From NCBI RefSeq assembly GCF_009557235.1, contig NZ_CP045650.1:2490001-2522000 (forward strand): 32,000 bases of DNA, written 5' to 3'. Positions 25,987 through 32,000 of the stretch are shown piece after piece. The position numbers and the translations under genes were made by a program. The notes under the pieces were generated by a model, which was not told the DNA's origin, made no database searches, and saw only the letters and a program-made list of their open reading frames with translations. The stretch comes from Acinetobacter wanghuae. Lineage in GTDB: Bacteria > Pseudomonadota > Gammaproteobacteria > Pseudomonadales > Moraxellaceae. How positions within the stretch are numbered: position 1 is the stretch's first letter; the number at the start of each line of letters is the position of its first letter.

Positions 25987-26736
25987 TTAAACAATGCGTT
26001 GGCGGCACACTTCGTAAAGTGCCATACCTGTCGCCACACTCACGTTTAGGCTTTGTAAATTACCTGACATCGGAATATAAACGGTTTGATCGCATTGTGA
26101 CTGGGTAATTGGACGCAAACCTGTATCTTCGGCACCCATCACGACACAAACGCCTGTACCGGTGAAATCAAACTGATGAATCGGCAATGCTTTTTCATCG
26201 AGCATGGTACCCACCACACGCACATTAAAATCATCTTTCATTTGACCGAGTGTACGTGCCAAATTCGTGACTTGAATAAACTTCACTTTTTCAGCGCCAC
26301 CCGCAGCGACTTTACGTGCTGTTGGGGTTAAAGTCGCAGAACGATCACGCGGTGCAATAACAGCTTCAACGCCCATTGCAGCCGCAGTACGAATACATGC
26401 GCCTAAATTATGCGGATCGGTAATATGATCAAGTGCCAACAATAAAGCTTGAGGATTTGCAGTGAGCAATTCTTCAAGATCTTTTTCATTTAAAATTGGA
26501 TTGGCACGTACAGCAGCGACCACACCTTGGTGAAACGGCTGACCTGCCAATTTTTCCAATTTATCGCGGCTGGCTTGTTGCACACTAATACCAAACGGTT
26601 CAGCCAATTCTAATACGCGTTTTAAGCGCTGATCATCGCGTCCTTTGAGAGTGAATAATGTCAAGACACGTTCAGGCTCAATCTCTAACAATGACTCCAC
26701 TGAATGTACGCCATAAAAATATTCAGGTTTTGCCAT
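25987..26736 (-). CDS. rlmB: 23S rRNA (guanosine-2'-O)-methyltransferase, SpoU/TrmH family
   Basis: N-terminal substrate-binding region (FYGVHSVESLL), DHITDPHNLGACIRTAAAMG, and the C-terminal knot motif SLNVSVATGMALYE. Confidence 0.85.
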   Translation of the reverse strand: MAKPEYFYGVHSVESLLEIEPERVLTLFTLKGRDDQRLKRVLELAEPFGISVQQASRDKLEKLAGQPFHQGVVAAVRANPILNEKDLEELLTANPQALLLALDHITDPHNLGACIRTAAAMGVEAVIAPRDRSATLTPTARKVAAGGAEKVKFIQVTNLARTLGQMKDDFNVRVVGTMLDEKALPIHQFDFTGTGVCVVMGAEDTGLRPITQSQCDQTVYIPMSGNLQSLNVSVATGMALYEVCRQRIV

Positions 26737-26763
26737 GAACGACCTCTAAATTTAATTTTCATT

Positions 26764-26802
26764 CAAAAAAGAAAAATCCCGTAAAGCTCACTTCACAGGA
26801 TT
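26764..26802 (-). terminator. Intrinsic terminator after ppnP
   Basis: The minus strand reads aatcctgt-gaagtgagcttt-acgggatt (7/8 pairs) followed by tttctttttt. Confidence 0.55.
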
Positions 26803-26875
26803 TCTGTATAAGATCTAGTTTAACCGATTCACACACAAATTTGTTGTTCGGTTTTAACTCATCATTGCAAGATGC

Positions 26876-27199
26876 TTAACCTTCGAAATGGCACACGTAA
26901 TCGAGTACGTCATCTGTTTCGATTTTGAAGAAGCTATCACCTGCCACATAGAAAGATTGACCGGCACGGAACAATTCACTCTCAGTGTTATCGCCAATGA
27001 TCACACGGCATTCACCTGAAATAATTTCCATACGCTCAGGTACACTTGTTTTAAATGTCAGTGCTGTTTCTGTTGGCAAAATAACCCCTAAGGTTTTTTT
27101 GGTGCCATCTTCAAACTGAACAATATGGCTAATACACAAACCGCCAAAATATACATTCGATTTTTTTACAACAGATACATGATCAAACTGAGCTGACAT
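26876..27199 (-). CDS. ppnP: Pyrimidine/purine nucleoside phosphorylase PpnP (YaiE/UPF0345, cupin-like)
   Basis: 107 aa with the FDHVSVVKKSNVYFGG... N-terminus and MEIISGECRV region characteristic of the YaiE family. Confidence 0.8.
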   Translation of the reverse strand: MSAQFDHVSVVKKSNVYFGGLCISHIVQFEDGTKKTLGVILPTETALTFKTSVPERMEIISGECRVIIGDNTESELFRAGQSFYVAGDSFFKIETDDVLDYVCHFEG

Positions 27200-27656
27200 G
27201 TGAATTCTCCAGATAAAGCATTTTGTAATAATTTGATGGTTGTAGTTTAAATGTGCACCAACAACTAATCAATCAAAGTTTAGGCAGTGTGAATGAAATT
27301 TTCAATCACCCTTTAGTCGCTATTTTTTACATTGTTTTTATACAGATGCAGAAATTATAAAGTTCGATTGCAGCTGCAAAATTTGCTTTATATTGCCGAA
27401 TATTTTGATCAAATCAAGTGTAAATTTGCAACCAAGCAAATGCTCGATTTTTTCATCTTCAAACTACTTCTTTGCTACAACAAATTCATAATTTTTACTT
27501 TCATCAACCATGAATTGCCTGAAATAATCATGTATAGATCGGATTGAATTAAGATAGAATGAAATTGATTCACCTGATTTATAATGATAATGGTGTTGTG
27601 ATCCATATTTTGGGTCATGCTATTGAATTCAAACTTTTCGCAGCTCGGATGCGTTT

Positions 27657-29318
27657 ATGCTGACACATTTAACTCTGATCAACTTTGCTTTAGCTGAACA
27701 TTTGGCGATTGACATCGATAAAGGTTTTAACGTTCTGACCGGTGAAACGGGTGCAGGAAAATCCTTATTACTCGATGCCCTTTCTGCATGTTTAGGGGAA
27801 CGAACGGATACCAATTATGTCCGTTATGGATCAGATAAAGCCGATGTGACGGCAAGTTTTAGCTATCAAGACAGCAGCCCTGAAGCCCTTTGGCTAAAAG
27901 AACATGAGTTAGATGATGAATCGCGAGAGATCCATTTACGTCGAGTCATTTTTGCCACAGGTCGTAGTAAAGCTTGGATCAATGGCCGACCAAGCAGCTT
28001 GTCTGAACTCAAAGAAATTGGACGACTGTTGGTGCAACTGTATAGTCAGCACAGCCAACAACAATTATTAGAACCACCTTATCCACGACGTTGGATTGAT
28101 CTGTATAGTAATTTTTATGCGCCTGCTCAAGACGTGCGTCAAGCTTACAACGCTTGGCAAAAAAGCATTCGTCAGCATCAAGCGGCCTTAGATGCACAAG
28201 CGACCCGTAAGCAACGTATAGATACTTTAGAGTTACAACTTGAAGAACTCAGCGATGTCGTACAAATTGATTATCAAGAAATTGAACAAGAGTTTGATCG
28301 ACTATCGCATCATGAAGCCATTATGCAAGACTGTGTCTATAGCCTGAATGGTTTAGACGAAGCTGAACAAAATATCAATCAAGAAATCGGCTCCATTATT
28401 CGTCGTCTTGAAAGTCATGCCGGACGGAGTGAATTGCTCGCTCAAATTCACACCTCTTTATTGAATGCACAAAGTGAAATTGAAGATGCGACTTCAAGCC
28501 TACGCCATTTCATGGATCGCCAAAGTTTCGACCCTGAACGTATGGAAGAACTGAATGCGTCACTCGAAATTTTCCACCGGTTAGCCCGTAAATATCGTAC
28601 TCAGCCTGAATTACTCAAACAAGAATTTGAAACATGGCAAGCCGAACTTGAGCAATTGCATCAGCTTGAAGATCCGGAAACATTGGCTGAGCAAGTCAAT
28701 CTTTCCCATGAAGCATTTTTGGCTGCCGCACAACATTTGGATCAGATCCGCCGTGAAGCTGCCATTCCATTGGCAAAGCAATTAACCGACCAAGTCAAAC
28801 AATTGGCATTGCCTGAAGCGTTCTTTGAGTTCAAATTCGAAGCGTTGGATGAACCATCAAGCGAAGGTTTAAGTAATATTCAATTGCTGTTTACTGCCAA
28901 TAAAGGTATGCCGGCACAACCGCTTGCCAAAGTGGCATCGGGTGGTGAATTGTCACGTATTGCTTTGGTCATGCAAGTGATGAATGCAGAAAAAACCGAA
29001 GCTGAAGTCTTGGTCTTTGACGAAATTGATGTCGGTATTAGTGGCGGTACGGCAGAAATTGTCGGTCGCCTATTGGGTGATTTAGGACAACACGTACAAA
29101 TTCTGTGTATTACCCATCAGGCACAAGTTGCAGCACAAGCTGACCAACATTTATTGGTGCAGAAACGTCAGACTGATCCTGCAAGCAGTACCATCTATGA
29201 GTTAGATGAAGATCTACGTATTCAGGAACTTGCCCGTATGACTGGTGGTGTAGAAATTAGTGAAACGACCTTGCAGCATGCACGCCAATTACGCCAACTC
29301 AAATTTCAACATGCATAA
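27657..29318 (+). CDS. recN: DNA repair protein RecN
   Basis: MLTHLTLINFALAEHL start, Walker A GETGAGKS, long coiled-coil middle, signature ASGGELSRIALV, Walker B VLVFDEIDVGISG. Confidence 0.95.
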   Translation: MLTHLTLINFALAEHLAIDIDKGFNVLTGETGAGKSLLLDALSACLGERTDTNYVRYGSDKADVTASFSYQDSSPEALWLKEHELDDESREIHLRRVIFATGRSKAWINGRPSSLSELKEIGRLLVQLYSQHSQQQLLEPPYPRRWIDLYSNFYAPAQDVRQAYNAWQKSIRQHQAALDAQATRKQRIDTLELQLEELSDVVQIDYQEIEQEFDRLSHHEAIMQDCVYSLNGLDEAEQNINQEIGSIIRRLESHAGRSELLAQIHTSLLNAQSEIEDATSSLRHFMDRQSFDPERMEELNASLEIFHRLARKYRTQPELLKQEFETWQAELEQLHQLEDPETLAEQVNLSHEAFLAAAQHLDQIRREAAIPLAKQLTDQVKQLALPEAFFEFKFEALDEPSSEGLSNIQLLFTANKGMPAQPLAKVASGGELSRIALVMQVMNAEKTEAEVLVFDEIDVGISGGTAEIVGRLLGDLGQHVQILCITHQAQVAAQADQHLLVQKRQTDPASSTIYELDEDLRIQELARMTGGVEISETTLQHARQLRQLKFQHA

Positions 29319-29435
29319 AAAATATCAATTTCGTCACAAAAAACAGTTGGTGAATTGAGCAAGCTCAGTTAAGTTAAGCAAAACAGATGCAAAAATATTG
29401 ACGCAAAGAATTTGATTTTAAGGAGAATTACTCAG

Positions 29436-29990
29436 GTGCCTAAACAATATCTGACACACCGTTGTCTGATTGCTCCACCAGAAATGAGTGACGATTTTTT
29501 TGCAAATACAGTCATTTATTTGGCACGCCATGATGAAGACGGCGCACAAGGAATTATCATTAATCGCCCTTCAGGTTTACAAATCAGAGAGTTACTGCAT
29601 GATTTGGACATTGAAGCAGACCATGTCAATCCCCATGCTGTTTTGCAAGGCGGTCCCTTACGTCCAGAGGCTGGCTTTGTACTCCACACCGGACAACCGA
29701 CTTGGCATTCATCCATCGCTGTCGGTGAAAATGTCTGTATTACGACATCTAAAGACATTTTAGATGCCATCGCGCATAATGAAGGCGTCGGTCGTTACCA
29801 AATTGCCCTCGGCTATGCGAGTTGGAGCAAACATCAACTTGAAGATGAAATTGCACGTGGCGATTGGCTGATTTGCGAATCTGATATGGATTTGATTTTT
29901 AATTTACCTTATGACGACCGCTGGGATGCCGCTTATAAAAAAATGGGCGTAGACCGCACATGGTTGTCTTCTGAGATTGGACATGCCTGA
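29436..29990 (+). CDS. yqgE: YqgE/AlgH family protein (UPF0301)
   Basis: [28 protein letters not shown], and [20 protein letters not shown]. Start placed at GTG 29436, 10 nt after AGGAG; the ORF is open from 29412. Confidence 0.85.
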   Translation: MPKQYLTHRCLIAPPEMSDDFFANTVIYLARHDEDGAQGIIINRPSGLQIRELLHDLDIEADHVNPHAVLQGGPLRPEAGFVLHTGQPTWHSSIAVGENVCITTSKDILDAIAHNEGVGRYQIALGYASWSKHQLEDEIARGDWLICESDMDLIFNLPYDDRWDAAYKKMGVDRTWLSSEIGHA

Positions 29991-30426
29991 TATAAATGCG
30001 CCACAGATGATTATGGCGTTTGACTTTGGTACACAAAAAACCGGAATGGCAGTTGGACAATCACTGATTGAAAGTGCCAATCCACTGGCTTTATTTCCGA
30101 TGAAAGATGGCATTCCAAATTGGGATGAGTTGCTAAAGATTGTAAAGCAATATCAACCGACACTATTTTTGGTCGGTTTACCGCTCAATATGGATGACAC
30201 AGAATCCGAGCTGTCGACACGCGCACGTAAATTTGCCCGTCGTTTACGCCATCAAACCAATATTGAAACCTTGATGGTCGATGAACGTCTGACGACTCGT
30301 GAAGCGCGTCATGAATTGGATCATTATCAAGCGCAAGGACGCGGTAAAAAAATCTCTGCCGATAGTATTGCCGCAGCGTTATTTATTGAAAGTTGGTATC
30401 GTAATCCCCAAGGTGTAAAACCTTAA
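29977..30426 (+). CDS. ruvX: Putative pre-16S rRNA nuclease / Holliday-junction-resolvase-like YqgF
   Basis: [15 protein letters not shown] RNase H-like N-terminus and DERLTTREA. It overlaps yqgE by 14 nt, the usual yqgE-yqgF pairing. Confidence 0.9.
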   Translation: MDMPDINAPQMIMAFDFGTQKTGMAVGQSLIESANPLALFPMKDGIPNWDELLKIVKQYQPTLFLVGLPLNMDDTESELSTRARKFARRLRHQTNIETLMVDERLTTREARHELDHYQAQGRGKKISADSIAAALFIESWYRNPQGVKP

Positions 30427-30429
30427 AGT

Positions 30430-30457
30430 AAAAAAGCATCCTAATGGATGCTTTTTT
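30430..30457. terminator. Bidirectional intrinsic terminator between ruvX and the HlyD-family gene
   Basis: aaaaa-agcatcc-taat-ggatgct-ttttt: a perfect 7-bp stem. Confidence 0.85.
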
Positions 30458-30469
30458 ATTGCCAACTGA

Positions 30470-31489
30470 TTATTTCTTTTCTTCAATATGAATGGTTGCC
30501 GTACGCCCTGCAACAAATGCCAATTCATTTTTTGGCACTTCATCCAAGACAATTTTTACAGGCACACGTTGGGCTAAACGTACCCAACTAAAGGTCGGGT
30601 TCACATTAGCAAGTAAACCAGAGGTCGTAGTCCGTTCACGGTCTTCAATCCCTGAGGCAATCCCTTGTACATGACCCTTGAATGTCTTTGAATCTCCCAT
30701 CAATTGAATAGTCGCAGGTGCACCAATATAAATTTTATTCAACTTGGTTTCTTCAAAATAACCCACCACATAAAGTTGCTGACGATCGAGCAAGGCGGCA
30801 ACCGCTTGACCGACTTTGACATAATTACCAGCGCGTAACTCAAAGTTAGACAATGTACCATCGGCAGGTGCGACCACTTCGGAGCGATTCATATTTAAAC
30901 GTGCCAAATTCACCTGACTTTGTGCCACTTCAATTAAAGCTTTTTGCTGCACAATATTGGCTTTGGCTTTTTCAATCGCTGCTGCCATTTGATCATGTTC
31001 TGCAGAAGATTGATCACGCTGTGCCAACATTTGATCTTGTTCTTGTTTTGAAATTGCACCATCCATCAAACTTGCATAACGATTGGCATTTTTCTCTGCC
31101 AAGTTTAAAGTGGATTGAGAGCGCTCAAAATCTGCTTTGCTTTGCATCAACACCGCTTCAGCTTGAGCTAAGCCTGCTTTGGCTTTGGCTAAATCGGATT
31201 TGGCTTCTTCAACATCAAGGCTTTGACGTGCTACATCAATTTTAAATAACGGCTGCCCTTTCTTCACGGTCTGGTTGTCATGTACCAACACATCGGTCAC
31301 CAGACCCGAGACATCTGAAGAAACTTGAATCACATCACCACGTACACGACCATCACGTGTCCACGGTTCAGCATTATAGTAATTCCAAAGATGTCGAATC
31401 ACGATAATCGCGATTACTGCAACCAACACCAACAAGATTGGACGGACATATTTTTTTAAATCGACAGCTGTCATGTTTACTTTCCTCAA
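30470..31489 (-). CDS. HlyD-family membrane fusion protein, AaeA/FusE-like efflux subunit
   Basis: Single N-terminal helix, then PWTRDGRVRGDVIQVSSDVSGLVTDVLVHDNQTVKKGQPLFKID (lipoyl/barrel-sandwich), a coiled coil, and a beta-barrel C-terminus. It closely resembles E. coli AaeA as I recall it. Confidence 0.85.
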   Translation of the reverse strand: MRKVNMTAVDLKKYVRPILLVLVAVIAIIVIRHLWNYYNAEPWTRDGRVRGDVIQVSSDVSGLVTDVLVHDNQTVKKGQPLFKIDVARQSLDVEEAKSDLAKAKAGLAQAEAVLMQSKADFERSQSTLNLAEKNANRYASLMDGAISKQEQDQMLAQRDQSSAEHDQMAAAIEKAKANIVQQKALIEVAQSQVNLARLNMNRSEVVAPADGTLSNFELRAGNYVKVGQAVAALLDRQQLYVVGYFEETKLNKIYIGAPATIQLMGDSKTFKGHVQGIASGIEDRERTTTSGLLANVNPTFSWVRLAQRVPVKIVLDEVPKNELAFVAGRTATIHIEEKK

Positions 31490-31512
31490 TATTTACAGAT
31501 GTGCAGGTTCAT

Positions 31513-31707
31513 TTAAAGAAATGCCCAATGCACGCCGCCCAAAATCACGATATATACAGATAAATAGAAGATGCCCGGCATCGCAATCCAATCTTGATCC
31601 ACCCAGCGATCAATGACTTTCATCAAGAGATGCAAAATGCCATAAGCAATCAGCGCCTGAATCAGCAAAATTGGCACATAAATGCCATAAATATTTAGTT
31701 CGCCCAA
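31513..31707 (-). CDS. DUF1656 small membrane protein (AaeX/FusD-like)
   Basis: 64 aa with two helices. It lies between a FUSC-like gene and the HlyD gene, as in aaeXAB/fusBCDE-type operons. Confidence 0.7.
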   Translation of the reverse strand: MGELNIYGIYVPILLIQALIAYGILHLLMKVIDRWVDQDWIAMPGIFYLSVYIVILGGVHWAFL

Positions 31708-32000
31708 GATGTTGCCTCATGCTTTGCCAAGGTTTGTACCATTTGCACATGACACAAACTGCTTCCGATATTATTTAAAGAGATACTGAGTCGCTGTATC
31801 AGCTCTGACGTTTGCATGTCGATTATGTGATCTTGTATATCTTGTAAATGCTGCACCACATCTTTTTGCATGTGCTCAATGACCAATGCTTGAGATTTAC
31901 CTTCAAATAAAGTGGCGAGCTTGCCTTGTAAAGCGGCAATCGACTCTTGAAGCACGGCATCATCAATTTTTTCTGAAATTTCTTGCAAACGTGCCAAATC
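31695..32000 (-). CDS. C-terminal end of a probable FUSC/AaeB-family efflux protein (5' part outside the window)
   Basis: The open frame runs to the window edge. The visible tail is helical and hydrophilic and overlaps the DUF1656 start by 13 nt. The call rests mainly on operon context. Confidence 0.5.
   Translation of the reverse strand, partial: DLARLQEISEKIDDAVLQESIAALQGKLATLFEGKSQALVIEHMQKDVVQHLQDIQDHIIDMQTSELIQRLSISLNNIGSSLCHVQMVQTLAKHEATSWAN

Noticed and set aside
27332-27547. 71-aa ORF in the ppnP-recN intergenic region
   Set aside because: The composition is extremely AT-rich and low-complexity (Phe/Ile/Lys/Leu/Tyr), there is no Shine-Dalgarno, and there are no recognisable motifs. 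It is more likely non-coding regulatory DNA.
27560-27656. Classical LexA SOS box upstream of recN
   Set aside because: No CTGT-N8-ACAG motif was found by eye in the region. Acinetobacter is known to lack LexA, so its absence is expected.

Overview
AT-rich gammaproteobacterial chromosome. Gene content and order point to Acinetobacter/Moraxellaceae: an Acr1-like fatty acyl-CoA reductase, secG-tRNALeu(GAG)-tRNAfMet-rimP-nusA-infB-rbfA, pilBCD-coaE, and a six-gene Pha/Mrp antiporter with fused A/B. This assignment is from memory; no search was run. Most of the window is housekeeping: a split metY, acr1, hisIE, mrpA-G, the rimP-nusA-infB-rbfA operon behind a tandem initiator-tRNA array, secG, tpiA, pilB/C/D, coaE, a DMT transporter, rlmB, ppnP, recN, yqgE-ruvX, and the 3' part of a FUSC/DUF1656/HlyD efflux operon. 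I saw no integrase, transposase, CRISPR array or prophage genes. The only candidate for an undescribed system is a two-gene module at 3345-6293. It pairs an intact UvrD-like SF1 helicase with a RecF/ABC-type ATPase whose catalytic motifs look degenerate, and it is attached to the hisIE stop codon. It recalls helicase+ATPase defence pairs but fits none I know. Its core-like context equally supports an uncharacterised housekeeping DNA-transaction role. Other points: frame breaks in metY and mrpE, both +1 insertions in short homopolymers, which suggests assembly error; mrpD has no stop of its own; four identical tRNA-fMet copies plus one decayed copy; and palindromes in the long mrp and recN upstream regions.
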